A DNA stretch of 64,000 nt, from contig CAVOFT010000001.1 in the NCBI GenBank assembly GCA_963695095.1, positions 1,248,001 through 1,312,000 of the forward strand, written 5' to 3'. The notes under the pieces were generated by a model, which saw nothing but the letters and a program-made list of their open reading frames with translations, searched no databases and was not told the origin of the DNA. A program made the translations under genes and the position numbers. This DNA is from an uncultured bacterium (GTDB lineage: Bacteria > Krumholzibacteriota > Krumholzibacteriia > JACNKJ01). This document shows, in pieces, positions 10,057 through 21,758 of this stretch (the first letter of the stretch is position 1; every line of letters begins with the position of its first letter).

Positions 10057-11469
10057 GTGAACGAACGCCGAGAACGGGACGCCCTGGGCGAACTTGCCGG
10101 CCCGGCCGCTGACCTCGCGGGCGTCCACACCTGGCGGGCGGAGGCGAACTTCGACGTCGCCGGTCGCCCCGTGCGGCCCGCCCTCGTCGAGGCCTACGGA
10201 CTCGTCAAGCAGGCGGCGATCCGCACGCTGCGCGAGCTGGGCCACTGGGCCGAGGCACCGGCCAAGGCCGCGGCGATGGAGCAGGCCTGCGCCGAGATGG
10301 CCGTGGGCACGCTTACCGTCCACGTTCGCGTGGACGCCCTGCAGGGCGGCGCCGGCACCAGCACCAACATGAACGTCAACGAGGTGCTGGCCAATCGCGC
10401 CCTGCAGTTGCTCGGCGCCGTGCCCGGGGATCATGTCCAGGTGTCGCCGCTGAGGGATCTCAACCGGCAGCAGTCCACCAACGACACCTATCCCACCGCA
10501 CTGCGCGTGGCCGCCTTGCGCGGTTTGATCGCGCTTGAGCAGGCGGTGCTCGCGCTCCAGGAGGCCTTCCAGGTCAAGGAGCGCGAACTGGCCGATGTGG
10601 TCAAGGTCGGCCGGACCCAGCTTCAGGACGCCGTGCTCGTCACCTTGGGCCGCGAGATGGGCGCCTACGCCGAGGCGATCGGGCGGGACCGCTGGCGCCT
10701 CTACAAGGCCCGGGAGCGGTTGCGCATCATCAACCTGGGCGGTACAGCGGTGGGTACGGGTCTGGGTGCCGAACGTGAATACATCTTTCGCGTCGTCGAC
10801 ACCCTGCGTGCGCTTTCCGGCCTGCCCCTCGCCCGGGCGGAGAACCTGATCGACGCTACGCAGAACGCCGATCTCTTCGCCGAGGTGAGTGGCCTGCTCA
10901 AGTGCCTGGCCGTCAACCTGATCAAGATTGGCAACGACCTGCGCCTCCTGGCCTCGGGCCCCGAGGCGGGCCTGGGCGAACTGCGCCTGCCCGCGCGGCA
11001 GGAGGGCTCGACGATCATGCCCGGCAAGGTGAACCCCGTGATCCCCGAGGCGGCCGTGCAGGCCGGCCTGCGCTGTCTGGGCGCCGACCTCGCGATCACC
11101 CAGGCCTGTGCGCTGGGCAGCCTCGAGCTCAATCCCTTCCTGCCCCTGGTGGCGGACGAGCTGCTGGGCACGATCGGGGAGCTGACCCGCGCCTGCACAC
11201 TGCTGCGCCTGCACTGCATCGAGGGTCTGAGCGCGGACCGCGAGCGCTGCCGGATGCAGGTGGAAGGTAGCACGGCGGCGGCGACCGCGATCGCCGCCCG
11301 GCTCGGCCACGCCGAGGCGGCTCGCCTGGCGGCGCAGGCGACGGCGGCGGGCCGTCCCCTGCGGGCACTCGTCGTCGAGGCGGGCCTGCTCAGCGATGCC
11401 GAGTTCAGTGCGCTGATCGCGCCTGCGGCCGTCACGCGCCTCGGCCAGCCGGACGGGGAGGGGCCATGA
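10057..11469 (+). CDS. aspA: Aspartate ammonia-lyase (fumarase/aspartase superfamily)
   Basis: QGGAGTSTNMNVNEV, QSTNDTYPTA, GRTQLQDA, GSTIMPGKVNP; GTG start after GAGG. Substrate assigned by similarity only. Confidence 0.8.
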   Translation: MNERRERDALGELAGPAADLAGVHTWRAEANFDVAGRPVRPALVEAYGLVKQAAIRTLRELGHWAEAPAKAAAMEQACAEMAVGTLTVHVRVDALQGGAGTSTNMNVNEVLANRALQLLGAVPGDHVQVSPLRDLNRQQSTNDTYPTALRVAALRGLIALEQAVLALQEAFQVKERELADVVKVGRTQLQDAVLVTLGREMGAYAEAIGRDRWRLYKARERLRIINLGGTAVGTGLGAEREYIFRVVDTLRALSGLPLARAENLIDATQNADLFAEVSGLLKCLAVNLIKIGNDLRLLASGPEAGLGELRLPARQEGSTIMPGKVNPVIPEAAVQAGLRCLGADLAITQACALGSLELNPFLPLVADELLGTIGELTRACTLLRLHCIEGLSADRERCRMQVEGSTAAATAIAARLGHAEAARLAAQATAAGRPLRALVVEAGLLSDAEFSALIAPAAVTRLGQPDGEGP

Positions 11470-12719
11470 GTCGCGTCCGCTCCGCGAGCAAGGCCTTCCG
11501 CCTGCACGTCGGCATCTTCGGCCGCCGCAACGCGGGCAAATCCAGCCTACTGAACGCGCTCGCCCGCCAGGACGTGGCCATCGTGTCGGCCGAGCCGGGC
11601 ACGACCACGGACCCGGTGGAGAAGGCGATGGAGCTGCAGCCGATCGGCCCTGTTTTGCTCATCGACACGGCGGGGCTGGATGACGAGGGCAGCCTGGGCG
11701 AGCAGCGCGTCGCGCGCAGTCGGCGTGTGCTCGAACGCACGGACCTCGGGCTGCTGGTGGCCGCGGGGAGCACCTGGGGCGAGCCCGAGGAAACGTTGCT
11801 CGCCGAGCTCGCCGCACGCGGCGTGCCGGCCGCGGTTGCCTTCAATCGGGCGGACGAAGCGGCGCCCGCGGCGGCGACCCTGGCGCGCCTGGCTGCGGCC
11901 GGCATCCCCTGGGTGGCGACGACGGCGACCACCAGCGCCGGCCTGGAGGCCCTGCGGGCGCTGATCATCCTGCAGACGCCCGCCGAGTTCCTCGAGGAGC
12001 CAGCCCTCGTCAGCGACCTCGTCGGTCCCGGCGAACTGGCCCTGCTCGTGGTGCCCATCGACAAGGAGGCGCCCAAAGGGCGCCTGATCATGCCTCAGGT
12101 GCAGGCCATCCGCGATCTCCTCGATGGCGACGCGCTCTGTTTGGTGGTCAAGGAGCGCGAGCTGGCCGAAGCGCTGGCCCTGCTGAAGAAGCCGCCGCGC
12201 CTGGTCGTCACGGACTCGCAGGCCTTCCTGAAGGTGGCCGCCGACGTGCCGCCCGCGATCCCGCTCACCAGCTTCTCGATCCTGCTCGCCCGCTACCGCG
12301 GCGATCTCCTCGCGCAGACGGAAGGCGCGCTCGCCATCGCGCGCTTGCGCCCGGACGACCGCGTGCTGATCGCCGAGGCCTGCAGCCACCATCCGGTGGG
12401 CGAGGACATCGGGCGCGTCAAGATCCCGCGCTGGCTGACGCAGGTGGTGGGCGGCGCGCTGCGCATCGACACCGTGCAGGGTCTCGACTTCCCGGAGGAC
12501 TTGGGCGACTACCAGCTGGTGATCCACTGCGGAGCCTGCACCATCACCCGCCGCACCGTGCTCGGTCGGCTCTCGCGTTGCCGCGAGGCGGGCGTGCCGA
12601 TGACCAACTACGGACTTGCCATCGCCGCCAGCCTGGGCATCCTCGAGCGGGCGCTCTCTCCCTTCCCCGCTGCGCAGGCCGTCCTCGCACGCTCCAGGCC
12701 ACCGCAGCACAGCCGCTGA
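11466..12719 (+). CDS. hydF: [FeFe]-hydrogenase maturation GTPase HydF
   Basis: P-loop GRRNAGKS, GTTTDPV, DTAG, APKGRLIMPQVQ, and Fe-S motif CSHH...HCGAC. Confidence 0.95.
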   Translation: MSRVRSASKAFRLHVGIFGRRNAGKSSLLNALARQDVAIVSAEPGTTTDPVEKAMELQPIGPVLLIDTAGLDDEGSLGEQRVARSRRVLERTDLGLLVAAGSTWGEPEETLLAELAARGVPAAVAFNRADEAAPAAATLARLAAAGIPWVATTATTSAGLEALRALIILQTPAEFLEEPALVSDLVGPGELALLVVPIDKEAPKGRLIMPQVQAIRDLLDGDALCLVVKERELAEALALLKKPPRLVVTDSQAFLKVAADVPPAIPLTSFSILLARYRGDLLAQTEGALAIARLRPDDRVLIAEACSHHPVGEDIGRVKIPRWLTQVVGGALRIDTVQGLDFPEDLGDYQLVIHCGACTITRRTVLGRLSRCREAGVPMTNYGLAIAASLGILERALSPFPAAQAVLARSRPPQHSR

Positions 12720-12753
12720 AAGCAGCCGCCGCGCGCGGTCATCGCCAAGCGAA

Positions 12754-12779
12754 ACGCCCGCCCCGGCCGGGACGGGCGT
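12754..12779. terminator. Imperfect GC hairpin between the convergent hyd and hox operons
   Basis: ACGCCCGCCCC-GGCC-GGGACGGGCGT in the ~80 bp gap; no U-tract. Confidence 0.35.
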
Positions 12780-12802
12780 CTGCGCAGAGGCCGCTGGCGT
12801 GC

Positions 12803-13177
12803 CTAGCCCAGCTTGGCCTTGATCAGGGAAATCAGGCGGTCCTTGCTGACGGGCTTCTGCAGCACGCCGGCCAGGCCGAGCGTGGAGACGTCCACGGCCA
12901 TCGCCAGGTTGTCGCCCGTGGAGCTGAGCATGAGAATGGGGGCCTTGTTGCCCAGCACCCGCAGCTCGCGAACGAAATTGGTCCCCGCATCCACCTCTTC
13001 CATCATCAGATCGACGATGATGAGGTCGGGCTGCTTCTCCTTGTAGGCCCGCAGCCCCTCCTCGGCGCTGGGCGCCTCCACCATCTGAAAGCCCTCGCTC
13101 TCCAGGACGATGCGCAGATAGGAGAGGATGTCGGGATCGTCGTCAATGCACAGGATCACGGTCTTGCCATCTTTCAT
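12803..13177 (-). CDS. Single-domain response regulator at the end of the hox operon
   Basis: ILCIDDD, IVDLMMEE, LQKPV; start overlaps the protease stop. Confidence 0.9.
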   Translation of the reverse strand: MKDGKTVILCIDDDPDILSYLRIVLESEGFQMVEAPSAEEGLRAYKEKQPDLIIVDLMMEEVDAGTNFVRELRVLGNKAPILMLSSTGDNLAMAVDVSTLGLAGVLQKPVSKDRLISLIKAKLG

Positions 13178-13694
13178 GCGTCACCCTCTTCAATCGCGGC
13201 GGCCGGGCCGGGCGCCGCATCAGGGACCGCTGTCCAGCGGCGCGCAGGCAGCACGCGCTGGGCCCAGTCCAAGGCCGCGGCGAGATTGGTCGCGGCCCGT
13301 ACGGACAGACCCTCGCCGAACTCGTTGAACTCATAGCCCCGAATCCCCAGCAACCAGGTTTCGGGTTCGGCTCCGAAGAGATCCTTGGCCAGCGCCAGCA
13401 CCGCCTCCGGCTGCACGCTGTGCGTGCTGAAGCTCGCCGTCTTCGCCGCCGGGGCCAGCCGGCGCACCGAGAAGGGCTCCGGCCGGCGCTGTCGGCGTCG
13501 ACGAAGACCACCACGCTCGCTGGCCGCGGCGACGGCGGCGTCCTCCACGCGTCAGCTGGTAGTTCGATCTCGACCTGCACGCCGGGCAGCGCCAGCTCCG
13601 CGATGGCGCCGGCGAAGGCCGGGCCCAGGCCGTCGTCCCGGCGGCCCGGGTTGCCGTAGCCGATCACCAGGAGCTCGGCGCCGGCCGGGCTCAT
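13174..13694 (-). CDS. hoxW: [NiFe]-hydrogenase maturation endopeptidase (HoxW/HyaD family), frameshifted in this sequence
   Basis: [17 protein letters not shown] at the start, then [15 protein letters not shown] and [14 protein letters not shown] in different frames. Confidence 0.75.
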
Positions 13695-15150
13695 GTCGTC
13701 CGCTGCCGGTCGATGCAGGCCGCCTCGGCGTCGCGCAGCTCGACCTCCAGCGGCATCTGGCCCAGGGCGTGCGTCGCGCAGGACAGGCAGGGATCGTAGG
13801 CGCGGATGCGCCACCTCGACGTGGTTGAGCAGGCCCTCGGTGATCTCCGGCTTGCCGGCGAGGTAGTCCTCGGCGACCTGCTGCACCGCCCGGTTCATCG
13901 GCTCGTTGTTGTTGGTCGTCGAGACGATCAGGTTGGCCATCGTCGACCTGGTCGTTCTCGTCCACCCGGTAGTGGTGGAAGAGCGTGCCGCGCGGCGCCT
14001 CGAGCGATGGCCGACCGCCTCGCCGCGGCGCTCGCCCTTGACGACGAGGTCCGTGCCCTGCAGGTCGGGGTCGTCCAGCAGCTCCCGGATCTTCTCGACC
14101 GCGTGCAGCAGCTCGATCATCCGCGCCCAGTGGTAGGCCATGGTGACGTTGTTCGGCTTGCCGCCGGTGACGCGCCATGAACTCCTTGCGCGCCGCCTCG
14201 GCCTCCGGCGTGTCGATGAAGTCGCAGGCGTTGACCCGCGCCAGCGGGCCCGACCCGGTACCAGCCGTCCTCCGGGCCGATGCGACTTGATGAAGGGGAA
14301 CTTCATGTAGGACCAGGGCCGGACCTCCTCGGCGATGTACGTCGAGGTAGTCCTGGTAGTCGACCTGGTCGAAGATCGTGCTTGCCCTCGGCGTCGATGG
14401 CCCGCAGGCCGCCGTCGTAGAGGTCCATGGCGCCGTCCGCGCGCACGAGCGAGAGGTGGTTCGAGTCGAAGGAGCCGAAGTCGCGCCAGCTCTCGAGGTG
14501 CTCGACCGTGTAGTCCTTGGCGATCTTCAGCGGCGCCGCGGCACCACTCGACCATCTGGTCGATGTCCTCGAGGAAGCCGTCGCGCTCCGCGATCGAGAG
14601 GTTCTTGTTGACGCCGCCGGGGATCGCGCCGGTGCCGTGGATCTTCTTGCCGGCCGTGGCCTTGATGATCTCCTGGCCGTACTTGCGCATCATGACGCCC
14701 TGCACGGCCAGCTCCGGGTACTCGGCCGCCACGCCGATGACGTTGCGCATGGCCACGGGTCGGCGTCGAAGCCGAAGAGCAGGTCCGGGCGAGCGAGGTG
14801 GAAGAAGTGCAGCGCGTGCGACTGGAAGATCTGCCCGTAGTGCATCAGCCGGCGCATCTTCTCGGCCGTCGGCGTGAGCTTCTCGCCGCCGACGATGCCG
14901 TCCATCGCCTTGGCCGCGCGCCAGGTGGTGGCTGACCGGGCAGATGCCGCAGAGCCGCTGCACGAGCACCGGCACCTCCCAGTAGGGCCGGCCCTGGATG
15001 AAGCGCTCGAAGCCGCGGAACTCGACGATGTGCAGCCGCGCCTGCTCGACCTCGCTCTGCTTCGTCCAGCAGGATGGTGACCTTGCCGTGCCCCTCGACG
15101 CGGGTCACCGGCTCGATGACGATCTTCGTTCGTGTCGTTGCGGTCGCCAT
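13691..15150 (-). CDS. hoxH: Group 3d NAD-coupled [NiFe]-hydrogenase large subunit, multiple frameshifts
   Basis: [13 protein letters not shown]1 [33 protein letters not shown]2 [13 protein letters not shown] followed by a cleavable tail. Confidence 0.88.
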
Positions 15151-15163
15151 GGTCGTCTCCTCC

Positions 15164-15718
15164 TCAGTCGTACTTGATCAGCTCGTAGGGCAGCTCGACC
15201 GGCTTGTCCGTCGAGCAGCGCCACCAGCGCCTGCCCAGATCGTGTCCGCCGGCGGCGGGCAGCCCGGGCAGGTGGTAGTCGATCTTCACCACCTCGTGGC
15301 ACGGGTAGACCTTGTTCGAGCAGCAGCGGGATCTCCGGGTCGTCGGGGATCTTGCCGCTCGGGTTGTGCACCGTCGGGCCGTTCAGGTAGGCCTCGTCGA
15401 GGCACTCCTCGCAGCGGGATCGTGTTGCGCATCGCCGGGATGCCGCCCGCTGATCGCGCAGTCGCCGACCGAGACGAGGACGTCGCAGTGCTTGCGGAAG
15501 TCCTGCAGCACGTGGACGTTCTCCTCGTTGCAGCAGCCGCCCTCGATCGAGGCCGACCGCGCAGCGGCCGGTGAACGTCCTTGATGTCGTTGATCGGGCG
15601 ACTTGTCGAAGTCGACCAGCTCGGCGAGCTCGAGGATGCGCTCGTCGATGTCGAGGAGCGACATGTGGCAGCCGAAGCAGCCGGCCAGCGACGTCGTTGC
15701 GACTTCGGGTTTCGCCAT
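15164..15718 (-). CDS. hoxY: Group 3d [NiFe]-hydrogenase small subunit, frameshifted
   Basis: VATTSLAGCFGCHMSLLDIDE, IEGGCCNEEN, VGDCAI, LPGCPP; ends ELPYELIKYD. Confidence 0.85.
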
Positions 15719-15730
15719 GGTCGTCTCTCC

Positions 15731-16459
15731 TCAGTCGCTCGGCCGGTGCGCCGTGCTTCGATGTCCGAGCCGATCGGCTCGTGGTCGTACAGGCGCTGGC
15801 CGACCGGCACGCGCGTAGCCGACCCGCTTGCGCAGCAGGGCGCCGACCGGGCAGACGTCGACGCGCCTGGTCGGTGACGTCGGCGTCGGTGTCGCCGAGA
15901 GCGCGGCCCGGCGTTGACCGCGAGCCGCTTGTGCGGCGCCGCGGCCGACGAACTCGAAGACGTGCTTGCCGTCGAGGTCCCGCGAGGCGCGCACGCAGCG
16001 GGCGCAGAGGATGCAGCGGTTGCGGTCGATGAAGATGTCGGGGTGCGACGCGTCGACGTCGCGCTCCGGGAACAGGTAGCGGGAAGCGCGGCGCCGTGAT
16101 GCCGAAGCCGGTAGGCCAGCGCCTGCAGCTCGCAGTTGCCGCTCTTCTCGCAGAACATGCAGAAGTGGTTGCCCTCGACGAAGAGCATGTCGACGATGTC
16201 CCGCGCGAATGGCGTTGAGCTGCCTCCGTGTCGTTCTCGACGACCATGCCCTCCGCGACCGGCTGCGTGCAGGCCGCCTGCGGCCGGCCGTTGACGCAGC
16301 ACCGTGCAGACGCGGCAGCTGCCGAAGGGGGCGAGGTCCTTGTAGGCGCACAGGCGCGGGATGTAGACGCCCGCCGCGTCCGGCGGCCTCCAGGATCGTC
16401 TGCCCGGCGTGGGCCGTGATCGCCTTGCCGTCGATGGTGAGGGTGACCGTGTCGCTCAT
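15731..16459 (-). CDS. hoxU: Diaphorase Fe-S subunit HoxU, frameshifted
   Basis: [63 protein letters not shown]. Confidence 0.85.
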   Translation of the reverse strand: MSDTVTLTIDGKAITAHAGQTILEAAGRGGRLHPAPVRLQGPRPLRQLPRLHGAASTAGRRRPARSRSRRAWSSRTTRRQLNAIRAGHRRHALRRGQPLLHVLREERQLRAAGAGLPASASRRRASRYLFPERDVDASHPDIFIDRNRCILCARCVRASRDLDGKHVFEFVGRGAAQAARGQRRAALSATPTPTSPTRRVDVCPVGALLRKRVGYARAGRPAPVRPRADRLGHRSTAHRPSD

Positions 16460-18314
16460 CGTGGCTGCCCTCCTAGCTCTTGAAGTGCACCGACTCGCGA
16501 CCGGTCAGGGCCTCGGCCTGGCTGAGTTCGCGGCTGGATGTCGAAGCCCGGCTGGCGGCCCTCGGCGGGCTGCCGGACGCGGGCCGTCGTAGGCATCGCG
16601 GAAGTTCTCCAGCGCTGCGTCAGGACCGGATTCGGCGAGGTCTGCCCGAGGCCGCAGCGGCTGGCGGTCTTCACGCTCCTGGCCAGGCTCTCGCAGGTAG
16701 TCGAGGTCGGCCGGCTCGCCGCGGCCGCGCGACGATGCGGTCGAGCCGCTCCTTGCAGCAGCACGTTGCCGACGCGGCAGGGCGTGCAGTAGCCGCAGCT
16801 CTCCTCGACGAAGAACTCCATGAACTCGCGCGACGATCTCGAGCAGGTCGCGCTCCGGGCCGAAGACCATGATCGAGCCGCCGGTGGCCAGGTCGTCGTA
16901 GCAGATCGTGCGGTCGAAGTCCGCCGGGCCGACCATCTGGCCGCTCGGGCCGCCGACCTGGACGCGCCATGGCGTCGTCGCGCGCCGGCACAGTCTCGAG
17001 CACCTCGCGCAGCGGTGATGCCGAAGGGCACCTCGTAGACGCCGGGCCGGCTGCAGTCGCCGGAGATGCTGAGCAGCTTCGTGCCCGGTGCTGCCGCGTC
17101 GAGCCGAGCTCGGCGAACCAGCCCGGGCCCTTCTCCAGGATCCGCGTCGACGCAGCAGAGCGTCTCGACGTTGTTGACGATGGTCGGGCGGCCGAGGTAG
17201 CCCTTCTGGGCCGGGAACGGCGGCCGGTTCTTCGGGTCGCCGCGCAGGCCCTCGCAGGAGCTGATCAGCGCGGTCTCCTCGCCGCAGACGTAGGCGCCGG
17301 CGCCCATCTGGATGCGGATGTCGAAGTCGAAGCCCTGCTTGCCGCATGACGTTCTTGCCCAGCAGCCCGTCGCTCGCGCCGCTCGCTCGAGCACGTCCTC
17401 GAGGAAGCCGCGCAGGTAGGCGTACTCGCCGCGCAGGTAGAGGATGCCCGTGCTCGGCGCCGATGGCGTAGCCGGCGATCGTCATGCCCTCGAAGAGCAG
17501 GTCGGCGCGCTCGGTGAGGAGCACGCGGTCCTTGAAGGTGCCCGGCTCGCCCTCGTCGGCGTTGCAGATCACGTACCTTGTCGCTCGCCGGCGGCGCCGC
17601 GCGTGAACTCCCACTTCATGCCGGTCGGGAAGCCGGCGCCGCCGCGGCCGCGCAGGCGCGCCGTCTTGACGTGCGCGGATCACCTCGGCCGGGCTCATCG
17701 CCAGCGCCTTGCGCAGGCCTCGCCCGGGCTCGATCTCGGCGAAGAGCACCGGGCCGCGGCTGGCGGATGTTGTTGTGGACCATCGGCGCGCACGAGGTCG
17801 TGGGCGTTGTTGCCGTCGCCGAGCGTCGCACCAGGCTGCTGCGGATCCATGTGCTCCCTGCAGCTTCGCGCGACGACCTCGCGCGCCATGTCGGCGCTGA
17901 GGTCGGTGACGACGACGTCGTTGACCAGCGCGGCCGGCGCCTGGTCGCACATGCCGATGCAGGGCGTCCGCTCCAGCGTGATCTCGCCGTCCGGCGTCGT
18001 CTCGCCGAAGTCGATGCCGAGCTCCTCGCGCAGGGCATCGGCCACGCGCTCGCTGCCGCGCATCTCGTCGATGATGTCGTCGCAGAGCCGGATGACGACC
18101 TTGCCCTGCGGCTCGTCGGAGAGGAAGCGTAGAAGGAGACGAGGCTCTCGACCTCGACCCGCGTGCAGCGCAGAGCCTCGGCGATGAGCTGCTGAGCCTC
18201 GGGCGTGACGCAGCCCTGGCTCGCCTGCACGGCGCGCACGATGTCCATCAGCCGCGTGCGGTCGTTGCCATGAGCCTGGCAGCATTCCTTGACCACCGTC
18301 TTGAGTGTGCTCAT
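16456..18314 (-). CDS. hoxF: Diaphorase flavoprotein HoxF (NuoE+NuoF fusion type), frameshifted
   Basis: [97 protein letters not shown] upstream. Confidence 0.87.
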
Positions 18315-18426
18315 CGATCACCTCTTCGCAGGTCCGTGGTCCGGGCGCGCCGCGCAGGCGCAGCGCGCGCACTCGCGCCGGCTCCCGGTGCCGCCTGCGC
18401 GAGCGATTGCTCGTTCATTCGCGCAC

Positions 18427-18500
18427 AACTTACACGGGAGCGGGGCTATTTCAAGACATGCGGGCCCTGGATTTCTCCATATTCGGGAATTATTTCACAT
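18427..18500 (-). promoter_or_regulatory. Putative sigma70 promoter of the hox operon with an upstream Rex/CRP-FNR-like box
   Basis: Minus strand TTGAAA-N16-TAAGTT at 18454-18427, and ATGTGAAATAATTCCCGA at 18500-18483 in an AT-rich patch. Confidence 0.45.
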
Positions 18501-18537
18501 GGACTGCGCAAACCGGAATTCGTCCAAGATGGCGCGG

Positions 18538-20339
<1,802 letters not shown>

Positions 20340-21107
20340 TCAGCGCCAGGGCTGCCAGAGGCGTCGCGCTGAGGGCAGTTCCAGGGGCCGATTCTCCTCC
20401 GGCTGGCCCGGCGGCACGAGATCCAGGCCATGGGGACGCAGCGCCTCCCGGAGGGTGAGGGCGGCTTGCAGGGGCAGCAGGCCACCGAGGCCGACCAGCA
20501 GGCCGACGCCGCTGATGCCGAGCAACGCGGCGATCCCCTGTCTGACCGCGAAGCCAGGCAGCAGGATACGGGGACGCTGCAGGAGCAGGAGCAGCGCCAG
20601 GCTCGCGGTGGGGCGCAGCTCGCGCTGGCGCACGGCCAGGAGGGGGAGGAAGACGAAGCCCCAGAGCCGGGACAGCGCCCAGAGCCACAGACCCGCCGCG
20701 AGACCGAACCAGGCGAGCAGGCCGTGACCGGCGAGGGGCCAGGGCAAGAGCACCTGGAGCAGCAAGAGCGCAAGCAGGGCCTGCAGCAGGGCCCAGGCGA
20801 GCAGGGGTCGATAGTGGCGGCCCGGCCTCGCCAGCTCCGCCCGCAAGGACGCGGATTCGCCGCGGGCCAGCGCTGCCGCGAAGCGCTGGCCCGCGGCGCT
20901 CAGCCAGGGGGCGCAGAGCAGCCCGACGAGAACGAGCAGTCCGGCCACGACCACCCACTGCGCGGGGGCGAGGCTCGCAGCGGGTAGGAAGGTGAGCAGG
21001 GCCGCCAGGGCGATCCAGGGCAGCGCGCGCAATAGAGAGAGAAGGGCCAGCGGGCCAAGGTGCTCGAAGCCCAGCAGGAAAAAGCTTCGCGCCAACGAAT
21101 CGCGCAC
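20340..21107 (-). CDS. Hypothetical integral membrane protein
   Basis: Several Leu-rich hydrophobic helices; GTG start preceded by AAGGAG; co-oriented with eno. Confidence 0.6.
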   Translation of the reverse strand: MRDSLARSFFLLGFEHLGPLALLSLLRALPWIALAALLTFLPAASLAPAQWVVVAGLLVLVGLLCAPWLSAAGQRFAAALARGESASLRAELARPGRHYRPLLAWALLQALLALLLLQVLLPWPLAGHGLLAWFGLAAGLWLWALSRLWGFVFLPLLAVRQRELRPTASLALLLLLQRPRILLPGFAVRQGIAALLGISGVGLLVGLGGLLPLQAALTLREALRPHGLDLVPPGQPEENRPLELPSARRLWQPWR

Positions 21108-21143
21108 TTAGACTGCTCCTTTGACCCGCTGCGGGGCCCGCCG

Positions 21144-21170
21144 GGAAACGCAGGGTTGGCAGCCCCCGTA
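21144..21170 (+). promoter_or_regulatory. Putative ECF (SigW-like) autoregulatory promoter
   Basis: GGAAAC-N17-CGTA directly upstream of the ECF sigma gene. Confidence 0.5.
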
Positions 21171-21185
21171 AGGAGTGTGCCGCAG

Positions 21186-21758
21186 GTGAGCGTCGAGGAC
21201 CGCGAGCTGATTCGCAGCTGCCTCCGCGGCGATCGACAAGCCTACCGGGCCCTGCTCGCGCGCTACCAGGATCCGATCTTCGGCTATTGCGTGCGCATGA
21301 TCAAGGACTCCGGACAGGCGGAGGACATCGCCCAGGAGGCCTTGGTCCGCACCCTGACGCGGCTGGAGAACTATGACGAGCGCTACAGCTTCTCGGCGTG
21401 GGTGTTCAAGATCGCGACGAACCTCTGCATCGACCATCTGCGCAAGGCCAAGCGCATCGCCTACTCCCTGGACCAGGAACTGGAGGGCAAAGACGGCAGC
21501 TTCCGCCGGGAAATCGCCGCCGACACCCCGGATCCCTCGGAGCGGCTGCTGGCCGAGGAGCGGATGCGGATGCTCGATGCTGCGGTGGCCGAACTGCCCG
21601 AGCACTATCGAGCGATCCTGCTGCTTCGCCACCGGGAGAACTTGAGCTACGACGAGATCGCGCGGATCTTGGAGCTCCCGATCGGCACGGTGAAGATCCG
21701 GATTCACCGGGCGCGGGAGCGGATCAAGCGGAGGTTGGACCGTGATGAGCTGCTCTGA
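21186..21758 (+). CDS. ECF sigma factor (SigW/RpoE-like)
   Basis: Region 2 AEDIAQEA..FSAWVFKIATNLCIDHLRK; region 4 LSYDEIARILELPIGTVKIRIHRAR. Start is GTG 21186 or 21177. Confidence 0.92.
   Translation: MSVEDRELIRSCLRGDRQAYRALLARYQDPIFGYCVRMIKDSGQAEDIAQEALVRTLTRLENYDERYSFSAWVFKIATNLCIDHLRKAKRIAYSLDQELEGKDGSFRREIAADTPDPSERLLAEERMRMLDAAVAELPEHYRAILLLRHRENLSYDEIARILELPIGTVKIRIHRARERIKRRLDRDELL

Noticed and set aside
13174..18314. Programmed frameshifting or selenocysteine recoding in the hox genes
   Set aside because: Frame breaks are too many and irregular, and the L2 motif uses ordinary Cys codons (DPCLSC).
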